DNA of 64,000 bases from Raja brachyura (Eukaryota). A program made the position numbers and the translations under genes. Positions 48,403 to 60,999 of this stretch are shown here, piece by piece (the first letter of the stretch is position 1; each line of letters opens with the position of its first letter). The DNA is taken from positions 5,580,001-5,644,000 of the forward strand of contig OY740812.1 of the NCBI GenBank assembly GCA_963514005.1. The letters run 5' to 3'. The notes under the pieces were generated by a model. The model saw only the letters and a list, made by a program, of their open reading frames with translations, did no database searches and had not been told where the DNA came from.

Positions 48403-49156
48403 TAAAGCGGTTACCTCAGTGTGGCACAGTGGTGCAGTGTACAATCCTTGGCTTTCCAGTTGCAAGAACTGCATTTAACAGTGAGAAAGTCTTGTGCTCC
48501 ATCCCAGATTTGTGCACAATCAACTGTGCAATTTATAAAATTCATAAATATGAACAAAATTAACGGAAATCAATTCAATAATTTTACTTGATTGATCGTA
48601 TGCAGTCACACAGTTCTGACTTCCCAAGTCTGTTTGAAACAAAACAAATCTTTTGTTTAAATAAGATGTTTACTTCACAGATATGGGCTCGAAATATGAA
48701 GGCAGAAAGATGGAAGCGAACACAAGCTATTGTGCTCATCCCATCACTAAATGAGAAACCAGTGTTTAAACCCCCTGAAAGCTTTATTTAAATCAAGTTA
48801 TTAAACAATTTCCAGGTACAATTGCGATAGAAAGAATGCTGACAGGAAATGAAGATACTAACTTCCTCCAAAGTAAATTACATGCAAAATAAATGTTCAC
48901 ATCTTTACTGATTGTATGAAATTAATCGGAAAGACTCAAATCTCATGCTATTAACAACGTAAATAGAAGCCAGGAATCCTTGAATCTACACTACCATTCT
49001 ATAAAATCACATTCTCAATCATCAGTCCACTTTATGACCACGATTCCTCTAGCTGGATTTCACTGCGGTCTTTAAGTCTAACTGATCTCGGCTTCAAACT
49101 ACTCAATGGCCAAGAATTCACAGTGAATTCCAAAATATTCACACTGAATAAAGAAA

Positions 49157-49368
49157 GGTAGATAAAAATGCTGGAGAAACTCAGCGGGTGAGGCAACATC
49201 TATGGAGCGAAGGAATAGGTGACGTTACCGGTCTGGACCCTTCATCAGACTCTGAATAAAGAAAGGGGGGGGTTACACAAAAAGCTGGAGAAACTCAGCG
49301 GGTGCAGCAGCATCTAAGGAGCGAAGGAGATAGGCGACGTTTTGGGTCGAGACCCTTCTTCAGACCCT
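49157..49368 (-). mobile_element. Two tandem Penelope-tail elements
   Basis: Copies at 49157-49251 and 49265-49368 are separated and flanked by CTGAATAAAGAAA (49144, 49252, 49369). Confidence 0.85.
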
Positions 49369-49719
49369 CTGAATAAAGAAATGTTAGTTACCTCAAAACG
49401 CACAGAATCAGAGTAAAATTTATGATAATTCCCTATCCAAAGACTATGCCCCCAGAGTACTAGGATTCTACAGACAAAGGAAAGGCCATCACAGGATCTG
49501 AAAATTATGATGCAAAATCTTGCCTTTGCAGGGAAATCAAGAAGCAAATGAAGATACCCAACCTATGTAGCATTCTTTCAGTTTGCTCTGTCAAGGCCCT
49601 GTAGGGATGGAAGCCGGTAACATGCAGGATAGCTATCAGAACGCATAAAAGCAAATGTCCTACGTTTATGTTGGAGACACAAGGTTCAGGAACATCGCAC
49701 AAGTTGCAGTACCCACTGG

Positions 49720-50262
49720 ATTCACCGCGGAGCGGGCGATGCCTACCTGGATCGCTGTTTGAAGCTCCGGAGTGTTGGGCCTGCTGCTTCAACATCTCGG
49801 AGCTGGGGTTTGGAGAGCTCCCAGCGCGGGCGGCGCTGACTTCAACATCGCGGAGTCCTCGGACCCTTTGCTGAGGGACGCCAGCGTTGAATCTCCGACT
49901 TCGGGAGCCGCAGACTCCGGTAGGAAGTGCCCAATTCGGATTCGGATGTCCAAGCCGTCGAGGTGGTTCTCCCGTTCCGATGTCGGAGTTCCATCATCCC
50001 AGCGAGAGGGCTTGAACATCGGGCCGCCCCTAGCGGCGACTGCGAGAGGTTCGGGAGCCCCCCGACCATGGGTGAACAACGGAGGAGGATGACTGAATTT
50101 TAGAGCCTTCCCTCACAGTGGGAAATTTAGATTCCGCTGTGTGGGGATGTCTGTGTTAAAGTCCATCGTGTTCTGTGCTCTTTATTATTCATAAGGCTGT
50201 ATGGTGACAACACATTTCACTGTACCAATTGGTACATGTGACAAATAAATGTATCTTGTATG
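49720..50262 (+). mobile_element. CpG-rich unclassified element with a Rex1-like 3' tail
   Basis: An abrupt GC/CpG-rich block ends in TTTCACTGTACC..TACATGTGACAAATAAA, the same tail type as the Rex1-like fragments. Confidence 0.55.
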
Positions 50263-50274
50263 TACAGGAGCCCA

Positions 50275-50420
50275 CATTGGGGTCACCAGATGCAATTATT
50301 GAGGTTAGACGAGGTGCACGTGAATGTCTGTCTCACCAAGGAGGACTACAGGGGTCCCTAGATGTAGGCAAGGGAGGAGGTATAGGGACAGGTCTTATAC
50401 CTCCTGCAGTTGCAGGCAAA
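50275..50420 (-). mobile_element. Penelope-like fragment, diverged
   Basis: Similar to 34200-34330 (GAGGTT.GA.GAGGTGCA.GTGAA...GGGGTCCCT...GGGAGGAGGTATAG.GACAGGT). Confidence 0.65.
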
Positions 50421-52077
50421 AGTAATGTGACATAATGGTTAAAGTTCTCAGAGCGGTATAAAGGGACGTAAACTAGATGCATTCTCAAATTCCAAGAAAG
50501 CTGGGAAATTCAAAATCCACAAACTAAATAAGTACAAAATACAAAGCTAGTATCAGTAATAATGACCAATAATTTATTTGATCAGAAAAATCAATTTATT
50601 TCACTTATTTCCAAAACGAAATGTGCCACCCTTATGTAATCTAATTGCAACACTCAACGTTCAAATGCCAGCAGCAAGGCACCTTTCAGTAAATAATTAG
50701 AACCTTCTGAATTTAAAATGACATCGACATCCTGTCAACAAATAAAAACATGTTCTCTTTCCCTCAGAAAAAGATTGCCAAGAAATGAAAAAGGAAGCAG
50801 ACATGGTAGCATCACTCGATTTTAAGGTCATATCAAGATAACAAACAAAGCAAATGCACAACTTGAATATGATTTGTAGGTGATATATGGTTCAACTACA
50901 AACTGTTTCCTTTTCTGTAATTACTTCAAGCAAAGTCCACAAGGGAGGAATGAAACCAAGTATAGTATTTATAAATTCTCTTGCCGTCACTATGGGAACA
51001 AGCATCCAGCATGGAAGCCCAGTAAGTATTCTCACACAATGGGAAGATCTAGTGCGAGGGACAACATTTCCACCAATCTAACCACTTTTGTCCTGGAAAT
51101 AATTCACTCGCGTGTAATAATTATGCAAATTTGAAATTAATTACCAGTTCATAAGGTCATAAGTGATAGGAACAGAATTATCATGTCTACTCCGCCATTC
51201 AATCATGGCTGATCTACCCTTCCCTCTTAAACCCATTCTCCTGCCTTCTGCTCATAACCCCCGACACCTGTACTGATCAAGAATCTATCGATCTCTGCCT
51301 TAAAAATATCAATTGACGGCCTCCACAGCAGAATAGTAAGAATAATGAAACTAGATGGAACATTAAAAAAAAAAAATCACTAAAGTAACTGCTGCTGGCC
51401 ACAGGTATATTCAGCACAATTATTAGCCACACACACTCAATTAACCTCCGTGGTTGCAGCGCAGAAGACTAACAATTTTACACACAAAACTCAAGTTTCA
51501 TCTAACTAGGAACTACCCGATGCTTCACTATTTAATGACAACCCAAATCGGAGGTTAAAGATGTCTGTGAACACCTCTACCAGCTGATCCGTACAGGTTC
51601 AGAGGACGCAGCCGGGGGCTCCATCCGGACCAGCTGCTTTCTGTGAATGCACTCAAAGGCAAGCTGATCTTGCGTCTACAATATTAACAGTTTGTACAGG
51701 CACAACTGTGGCTTTCCTCCACCAACCTTTTGTTGAAAGGCAGAACAAGCTTGAGGGGCAATTAACTTGCTCCAACTATTATTTCTCAATGTCTAAAGAT
51801 CTTAAGATTTGGCATCATTACTAGTTTTCACTGGTTAAGCACACGTTAAAATGTGGGTAAAACTTAGTAAACTGACACACATCTTGAATTAATAGTAAAC
51901 AAGTGCATTCCTTTTCTGTCAGAGAATTCTACAAACAATTGATTCTGTATGTGCAATCTGGATAAATTAAGGAACAATATAAAAGTTAGTCTAATCCACA
52001 AAGGTTGGTTATATTCGCAACACTGAAGAAATTTAATGTAAATTTAGCAAGCCACATTAACTGCAAACAAAACATAA

Positions 52078-52203
52078 GAGTCTGAAGAAGGGTCCCGACC
52101 CGAAACATCACCATTCCTATCCAGAGATGATGCCTGTCCCACTGAGTTACATTAGCATTTTGTGTATCTTCGGTTTAAACCAGCAACCGCAGTTACTTCC
52201 TAC
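52078..52203 (+). mobile_element. Penelope-tail element with an intact hammerhead core (AUC triplet)
   Basis: GAGT-CTGAAGA-A-GGGTCCCGACCC-GAAA-CATC-ACC at 52078-52112. Confidence 0.8.
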
Positions 52204-52659
52204 ATCATAAAAATAGTCCATCCAGATGTGCAGATCCTGCATTGAATACGAATAGTTTATTATTATATTGTTGAAAAAATACAGTTTTACTCCCATTCTC
52301 ACCGCAATGTTCTCCTGGGCACAATGGAGAAAGGGTGGTCTGCTGTACTCTTGTTCTTACTCTTCAGCCTTCAGTGCTCCCACCACATGAAGCATACACA
52401 GCATGCCTCAGTCAACAGCACTGACAAAGGCAAACAAGTAGTGTTGTCTCCACTACAGCCTTGCAGGATTCAGATTTCCCCAGCTGCCCTGCTCAGCAGG
52501 CTATGCCAATTCAGTACCAAGGAGGAAAACAACTAAGCTTTCACAATTTAAAATGTCACAAATTAAGTGTCCCAAGTGCTCTGCGTCAAATGAAATAGTC
52601 ACCTTGGTGATTTAGGAAATGTGGCAATCAATTCATTACAGGAACCTCCCGCAAGTGGC

Positions 52660-53135
52660 TGTTTTGATGGTGTTAATTTGGGGATAAATATTGGCGAGCA
52701 CTCCAGGGAGCAGGCTCCTGAATTCTTCCACTAATAGTGTTGTGTAACATCCATCCCCCGAGACAGGCAGACCTCCACTTTGATGAGTCAATCACTAGAA
52801 ATGCATGCAGCATTGTGATGCTAAATCCTACATACACACAGTAGAAAATGCTACATCAGCATATAGAAACTATGCTCATGAATAAAGTAGGCATTTAATT
52901 TCAGAGCACCAACCATTTAATGTTTGTGTCAGCTGCAGCCCTCTCTATGCATCAAAGTTCAAGTCCACAGTCTCAACTATATACATCTTGGCTGATATTG
53001 CAGTGCAGTCCAAAGGGTGGCGATTTTCTTTGAGATGAAATATTAAACCTGGTCTTCTCTCCTCCTCAAGTAGGTATGTAGGATACCACCGCAGGACCCC
53101 GAGCAATATTTTTCCCCTCAGTCAACATTACTAGA
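52660..53135. mobile_element. Two decayed DeuSINE-like segments in opposite orientation
   Basis: Plus copy ~52990-53130 reads GCAGTGCAGT...TCTTTGAGATGAAATATTAAACC...GCAATATTTTTCCCCTCAGTCAACAT. Minus copy ~52665-52750 reads GGGGATAAATATTGGC. Resemblance to the Deu-domain is from memory. Confidence 0.45.
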
Positions 53136-53688
53136 TTTACTCCAGTATTAAGGAGATTGCTTTTCATGAATCATCTACAATTACAACACCAATTAGAGTT
53201 TGAAAGTAATTAATTTGCTGCAAAATGCCACAAGTAATCCTGAAAGTGATGGCAAAGATGCTAATGTAATTGCAGGTCTTCCTCCTTGGCAGTTCATCAA
53301 AAGAGATTGGCACATCAGTCAATGAGGAAACACTTCTAGAATATGCACATGAACAGAAGCAAAGCAAGGTGTAGGACTCCAGCCGACATAGCCATGCTAT
53401 CCTAAAAAAAGTTTCTTCTCACATGATGGAAAACCCAACAACGCAAAAGGACTGAAACAAATAATACTTCACCACCAAGTAAAATTGTCCTAATCGGGCA
53501 TCTAGAAAAAGAGATGATAGCCTTAAATTAAGAAATCAGTCATTCAGGACTGATTTTTTTTTTTTTTTCCCTGTTTATCTTTTATGTTCTCTAGTCAGCA
53601 GTTCTATGGAGATCAGCCTAGGGCTGGAGCACCTGAGGAAATGTCCTACTTTTCTTTTTTGCTCTATTACCAATCTTCTCAGATACTT

Positions 53689-53780
53689 AAGATAGACACA
53701 AAATTTTGGAGGAACTCAGCGGGCTAGGCAGCATCTCTGGAGAGAAGGAATGGATGACTTTTGGGTCGAGATCCTTCAGA
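53689..53780 (-). mobile_element. Penelope-tail short element (core mutated)
   Basis: AAGATAGACACAAAA...GACTTTTGGGTCGAGATCCTTCAG. Confidence 0.75.
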
Positions 53781-54143
53781 TACTTGTTCTGCAATCATTT
53801 AAAAGCCTCGGTGTGCTTTGTAAAATATTTATATCTTCAGAAGCTTAAGCAAACACAATACGATCAATTCACCAGCAAATGAGGTGCAGCTGTACACGTG
53901 CATCACTGAAGTAATGAGGTGGGTCAGCAAGTCCGAGAAAACGGCAAAATCGGTTTTAGAAGGACATAATTAAACAATTACACCTAATTTGCCCTCAACA
54001 TTGAAAAACTGATTCTTAAAAAGTGAGCTAGGATATTACAGAAGATATGGGGAAAAAAGGGAAAAAAGTGATGTTACTAGAAATGCAGTGAAATCCATTG
54101 AGAAGGGATGTTCATTTTCTGAAAGAATGAAGCTGTCTTGATT

Positions 54144-54625
54144 CCAGACTGATTCCTGGGATGTCAGGACTTTCATATGAGGAAAGATTGGATAGACTCG
54201 GCTTGTACTCGCTGGAATTTAGAAGATTGAGGGGGGATCTTATAGAAACTTACAAAATTCTTAAGGGGTTGGACAAGCTAGATGCTGGAAGATTGTTCCC
54301 GATGTTGGGGGAGTCCAGAACAAGGGGTCACAGTCTAAGGATAAGGGGGAATTCCTTTAGGACCGAAATGAGGAAAACATTCTTTACACAGAGAGTGGTG
54401 AGTCTCTGGAATTCTCTGCCACAGAAGGTAGTTGAGGCCAGTTCATTGGCTATATTTAAGAGGGCGTTAGATGAGGCACTTGTGGCTAAAGGGATCAGGG
54501 GGTATGGAGAGAAGGCAGGTACGGGATACTGAGTTGGATGATCAGCCATGATCACATTGAATGGCGGTGCAGGCTCGAAGGGCCGAATGGCCTACCCCTG
54601 CACCTATTTTCTATGTTTCTATGTT
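54144..54625 (+). mobile_element. Young CR1/HER1-like LINE 3' fragment
   Basis: ORF 54161..54532, nearly identical to 47352-47826. Confidence 0.95.
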
Positions 54626-55249
54626 TGATCTGAAAGCATTCTCAGGAATTTTGACAAGTTTAGCTTAATTACATCTTAGAAGTGTGAAGGAATTCTCTCC
54701 ACTTTCCTATTTGAGTGTAGCTCCAACAACACACAAGTACATTAACTGAGCTGAGAAGTAGTAGATTGCTTGCTTGGCATCCATCTAATATCCTCAGTAC
54801 ACACTCGCACCACAACTGGCACATGGCAGCTGCTGTGCACACCGTTTATGGAGAAATTTGTACCAATACCTTGTGCTGCTCCAAAAGATCTCTACCAAGT
54901 GGAAAGGCAGCAGGCAACCGAGAATGCAACTATCTGCAGAGTCTTCTTCAACTTTGTAATCACTTCACACTGAAAGTCTAAAAATCAATTGTGCGATACT
55001 TCCACAAAATAATATTTCAAGGCTCATCTCCATCTTTTGAAGGGCTACAAATACTCATCTTGTCACCAAAAATCACATTCTATAAAAGGATTGAATGCAA
55101 GGTCAACTCTCACCTGTAGGAAAGCTAAAATAAAATCCATTGATGGCTGAAAAATAGTTCAAAAGGTAATGCAGAAGAAACTCTTTCTGAAGACAGTAAG
55201 AATGTGGAGTGCAGATATACAGGGAACACTCGTGGAAAAAAAAAACGAT

Positions 55250-55815
55250 TAATGGGGGTAAGATGTAATGCTGAGGCTGTAAAAAGCACTGGTCAGGCTG
55301 CGTTTGGAGTACTGTAAGCAAATTTGGGCCCCATATCTAAGGAGGAATGTGCTGACTCTGGAGAGGGTCCAGAAGAGGTTTACAAGAATCATTCCAGGAA
55401 TGAGTGGGTTAGTATATGATGAGCGTTTGACCGCAATAGGGCTTCACTCGTTGGAGTTTAGAAGGTTGAGAGGGGACCTCATTGAAACTTACAGAATAAT
55501 GAAGGCATGTGGAATGGATGTTGCCATTGGTGGGAGAGTCTAGAACCAGAGGTTAAAGCCTCAGAATTAAAGGGCTCTCTTTTGGAAAGGAGGTGAAGAA
55601 AAACTAAAGTCAGAGGGTAGTTAATCTGTGGAACTCATTGACACAGAGGCCTGTGGAGGCCATCAGTGGATATTTTTAAGGCAGAGATAGACGAATTTTT
55701 GGATTAGAATGGGTGTCCAGGACTATGGGGAAAAGGCAGGAAAATGGGATTACGAGGCAGATTGAACGGCAGACTCGATGGACTAAATGGCCTAATTCTA
55801 CTCCTATAACTTGTG
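55250..55815 (+). mobile_element. CR1-like LINE 3' fragment (second subfamily)
   Basis: ORF 55304 gives EYCKQIWAPYLRRNVLTLERVQKRFTRIIPGM...[17 protein letters not shown]. Confidence 0.88.
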
Positions 55816-56349
55816 AACGTGGGAGAATGGAGGAAAAAAATGGGACGATTGAAAAGGGAGGTTTTTTTTACACGAAAAATCCTAAAATCGCACAAGCATT
55901 TTAACATTCCAGTGATGATCTTCCAAGATTAAATTCCACTGCACAATTATAAACAATCTTCAATTCCCAGAGACCCAAAAGCAATCCTGAAGAATTACCA
56001 ACGTTATTCCCAATGGGAATGAATGAGTAATTTGGCACTCCAAATATTAGACTGAGAAACGCTCATTTAATCCACATCTGAAATGTATTCCACAGAGGCC
56101 AAATACTCAATGGAATATAATGAATCTCCTGAGAACTCCCACAAAGTGGGCTCTTGCTTTGTTATTCCCAATCATCTCCATGTCTTTCCATGACCTGACA
56201 TACAATAACTCAAAGAACCATCACATTCCAATTAAAATCAAATCAGCCTCCGATAAAGTTAAGACTGTGGTGCAGTACACTCTAATTGTCCACGTTCTTG
56301 AAATTCTGCAGTCCAAATGGTGAAGATACTTCCACTGTGATTAGTGGTA

Positions 56350-57110
56350 TACTGCAGAGAACTGTGCTGGGAACATTGCTATTTGCCATATATTACCTCC
56401 TACATCGACATCTGAAATGTTCTGATTAAATTTGCAGAAAGCATGAAAGTTGACGATTGTTATGGATAGCGAGGATCGTTGTCCAAGACTGCAGCAGGAT
56501 ATAGATCAGATGGAAAGTTGGATAGAAGGTTGGCAGATGGAATCTCACCAGGATGTTGCCCACAATGCAGGATTTTGTGAAAATATTGGAGAGGCTGGGA
56601 ATGGAATCTCTGGAGCAAAGAATGAGAGGTGACCTGACAAAAGTATACAAAATTATGAGACTCACAGGTATGGTAGACAGTCAAACCTTTTTGTTTCTCC
56701 CATGGAAAGAATATCAAAAAGGAGGGTATCAGTTTAAACTGCGTAATTAAAGTAGCTCTGAGGGGGGTTAAACACAGAGAGGTAGATTTCTGAAACAAAT
56801 TGACAGAAGTGGTTGAGGAATCAGATACAATTACTGTGTAAAAGGCATTTAAATAAACGGTCATAGAAAAATAAAGTCCTAATGTGGAAAAATGGAATTA
56901 GTGTCGATCAACAAGATATCCTTGTGGCTAAAGGGATCAGGGGGTATGGAGAGAAGCCAGGTACGGGATACTGAGTTGGATGATCAGCCATGATCATATT
57001 GAATGGCGGTGCAGGCTCGAAGGGCCGAATGGCCTACTCCTGCACCTAATTTCTATGTTTCTATGTAACAAAGGGATTGGCATAGACAAGGTATGCGAAA
57101 GGGCTAATTT
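56350..57110 (+). mobile_element. Old CR1 relic with a young CR1 3' tail (~56920-57066) inserted in it
   Basis: LQQDIDQMESWIEGWQME and LEQRMRGDLTKVYKIM are CR1 RT-region motifs. The young tail matches the end of the 47352 and 54144 copies. Confidence 0.75.
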
Positions 57111-57899
57111 CTCAACAATACATTTAATGATATAGCAAATTCTTCCATCATTTCCAACCCCAAAATCACACTCAAATCTCCTTCAGCAGATTTTCATTTA
57201 TTTCTTATTTAATTCTGTATACTTCAGTGGCACTGGATATTTCAAATTTCCGCACAGATTTGTGTGCTATGAATAGCCAAAAGGAAAACAAAACTTGCAT
57301 TCATCATATTATCCAGACTGTAATAATAATGTCCCATTTATCGTGCTCATCATTTTCAAGATCAGCCACTGGGGCCAGAGGTGCAACCGTGACAGTTAAT
57401 TTGCATGCAGGAGTATTTTCCAAATACAGAACGGTATCACTGAATACTGAACAGTGCAGCTCTGGGAAAGAATGAAGATCAAAAGATCACAAGATCTTCT
57501 TACAAAATGTCCAGTCAACTTCAATGTCCATCCGACCCACTATGTTTAAAAAAAAATCTATTCAAAATCCATTCAAAGAACAATATTTCCTACAATGTAA
57601 TATTCCCTCGGGAATTCAATTGATTTTAGTCACCAACCCGAAATATTAACTATTCCTTTCAGCAGAGATATTCCTTGATCAATAGAGTTCTTCCAGCATT
57701 CAGCTTCATTTTAGATTATATAAACTTGAGTGAGTTGAAGTAGGTAAGGGGGCAGGGTTACTTAAAACGAGATTGAACAGGCAATTGCACAGAATTCTTC
57801 TTAACATACAATTTGTCAAAAACAATTCAACTTCAGCTTCAAAAATCCTGGAAACGTCAATAAACAATCCCTAGGTCTTTTCTATTTTAATGGCTGAAC

Positions 57900-58975
57900 A
57901 GTCCTGACAGCATGTGAATACACAGCTAAGCAATTTCAAGATCAATTAATCAGTTCAAAGCTGTCGTTCTGACACAGCTAGCTGCAAATGATAATGGACC
58001 ATTAAATATGCAACAAGAGGGATAGCTCTACGAACATCTCAGCCTCAATGAAGACTGAAGCCATTATGCGAGTGCTAAAGGCTGAAGCATTTGCAACCAT
58101 GTTTAGTCAGAGGTGTTGAATAGACTTTCGGTCTTTGCTTTCTCTGCACATTGTCATCATTGAGTCAGTTTTCAGACTATTCAATTAATTCCATGTGATA
58201 CTGAAAATCATCCGACATTGGTTACTGCAAAGCAAATGTGCCAATACAGAAGGGTCCCGACCCAAAACATCACCAATGCATGTTCTCTGGAGGTGCTACT
58301 TGACTCGTTAATCACTCCAACTCCAGCATTAAAGACAAAGAAAGTTTGCAGATGCTGGAGTTAAAACAGAACATTGGAAGAAGTCTGCAGGTCAAGCAAT
58401 ATCTGGGGAAGCAAAACGTGTTGACGTTTCCTGTTCGGGTTCATCATCAGTCCTTCTAGCATTTGTTTTTTTGCAGCACTGAAGAACTGCACTCCAGAAC
58501 AAGCCCCTTCTCTAGCCACACTCGTCCAATACATCTGTGGCAGTAGCATCCTTTCACCAATGTGGAAACCAGCGCTGTCCTGTTCACAAAAAAAAGGGAC
58601 AAATCTAATCTGGTCAATTACCACCCAATTCCTGTCAACAAAGTGCTGGTAGATAGAATAGATAAATGATAGCCTGCTCACCAGAGCCCAGTTTAGAATT
58701 AGCTAGGACCTCATCACAACCTTAAACCAAATTTGGACCAAATAACTAACAAGAACTCAAGGGCAGTTATTAGAGCAGCATTTGACCAGGTTTGGCACCA
58801 AGGACGGCTGATAAATATAGATCGCCCTCCCTAATTACACTGAACGCACCTACCTTCACTAGAAAGAATCTAGCGTGTCGGGAAAGTGGCTCAAAATCAC
58901 CTTCATAAGGACAACTAAGAGTAAACAACGAATGCTGACCATGCTCACACTGCTCAGTCCTTGATAATAGAATAC
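57900..58975 (+). mobile_element. Decayed CR1/L2-group LINE RT relic, interrupted by Penelope-tail-like pieces (~58245-58470)
   Basis: Scattered RT-like motifs: KAEAFATMFSQ, KSNLVNYHPI, LLTRAQF and AAFDQVWHQG. Confidence 0.55.
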
Positions 58976-60999
58976 ATGTAAAAAAAATATATACAAACCA
59001 TGAAATGGACTAATCAGGTAAAACAGTTGAACCGAATAGAGGAGATGAACAAAGGGGGATGTCTAGTTACACTTGCACTAAACACTTTGAGAAACCACTC
59101 TCCATGGCTGCAGCAACCTGAGCTCTATCCTGAACTTGGGTGCTGTCCGCGTTTATGCATTCTTCCTGTTGTCATGTTGATTTATTGCAGTCTCCTCCCA
59201 CATCCCAAAGACCTGCTGCTAAATTGAGAAGCTACTGTATATTACACCCCCCCCCCCCCCCCCCACCGAGTCCAGGTAGGCAGCAAGGGACCTAGTGCAG
59301 AGATGGTACAAATGTTGGAATGGAATAGGTTACAGAGAAATGTGGGAGAATAGAATTGATGGGAATACATGGATACACGATTAGGCCTTCTCAATCATAA
59401 ATAAAAATAAGTTTAGGTTTACTCCACCCACTGATCAATTTGTCCTGGAACATGGTTATTTGTCCTGAAACACATTAACCAGCTTCCTTCATACAAATAT
59501 TCACAAACTTTCTTCCACAGAGCAAAAAAATAAAAACATGAATGGCAGATAATCAGGAAGGAATCTATTGGAAAATAGCTCTTTATTTTTGGAGAGTATA
59601 TTGTGATAAACATTCAGTCCACAAAGTTTATGGACAAGTCTCAATGGAATGTTTTTGAAAAAATCATAGAATTCTCATTAGACTTTTCATGCCTCATGCT
59701 TGTGCATCTTATTTTTTTAATCTGGAATAGACAAACACCAATTGAGTTAGCCACGAGTGTGCATTATGGAAGATAAGCCTTTGCCAATATCTAATAGAGA
59801 TCACAGCTGTGAACCTGGGCGAATCATGGGTTTGCTCCACAACGACAGACGACTCCGCTTGCATCAACACTTACGGCCCAACTTATTTATAAATGGCATC
59901 TTTATGATCAAAGCTTTCACGCCAGCACAATGTACATTCCTAACTGCCTACAGCACAATAGCTCTTGATTACACAAAAATACTTCTTGATATATTTCCAC
60001 TCTCAGCTAAAAACAATGTTTGTGTATTTTAATTACCTGATGCTTAATTCAATTGTGTTTCCTGCCCAAATTATTTTTGGTAACTGGCAATGCGAAGAAC
60101 AGGAATATTTTTAGAAGAAAATTGTATAAACAGATTGGATTGTGTTCCTTTAAATTCCCAGGTCTGGGTTTTCCCAAAACAAAAGCCATGATTTAAATAG
60201 ACTCAAATTGCTATCAACACCAAGCAAATAAATATCCCTACAACTTCTTACTACATCATAATTAAAAGCAGAAAGGTGCCATTAAGTCACAGATGTTTTC
60301 CCAAATACCTCCCCATGTAATTCCTTTGACTACTATTTGAACATACCTAGGAGCTGTATTATGCATGCAGTAATGTAGTATCAAAATTAAAGGTTAATTA
60401 ATTGAAATCTGGTTGTGGTCAAGCCAGAGGAACAATCCCAATGTCCTTTGGCTAGCCTCAAATAATTTTTTTTTAAGCAAATAGAAATGGCAAATGGAAC
60501 CTCAGTATGGGCCAAAGAACAACAGCAAGAAAATTAAAGTGCTCAAACATAAGCCAAAATTACATCAAATCCAAGAATTAATTTACAACATTAGCACCCA
60601 GACAATAGCACTAGGGCTTGGGAGTGAAATAAACAAAGTATCAAAAATAATCTTGTAAATCTCAAATCAATACTTTGCACAAAATCTTTGTTAAAGAACC
60701 TCCAGTTCTTTTGAAGGCATATAATTTTTGCTAACATTACACAGAATTATGGAAAATGCTATGAAATCAAGATATACATTTTTTTAAAGATTGTGGCACA
60801 GAATGTTACAAAAAGCAGAATAAAGTGCTGCTGGATTCCACTTCCAGAAATGGAACTTCAACCACAACTTAACTCAGTGACAGATGTATTCAAGATTACC
60901 CAATCTCAAGCAGATTTTGTCAGTTTAGGCCCACACATTTATCTGCACTTCAATGGTTAAAAGGTTAAAACGTTTACAGATCCAGCACCATACGCCCGA

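Noticed and set aside
49144-49381. Repeat-spacer-repeat pattern resembling a CRISPR array
   Set aside because: The repeats are only 13 bp, the spacers are homologous retroelement tails, there are no cas genes and the context is a vertebrate intron.
49668-50092. Cluster of ORFs on both strands
   Set aside because: Expected from stop-codon scarcity in GC-rich repeat DNA, with no recognisable protein similarity.
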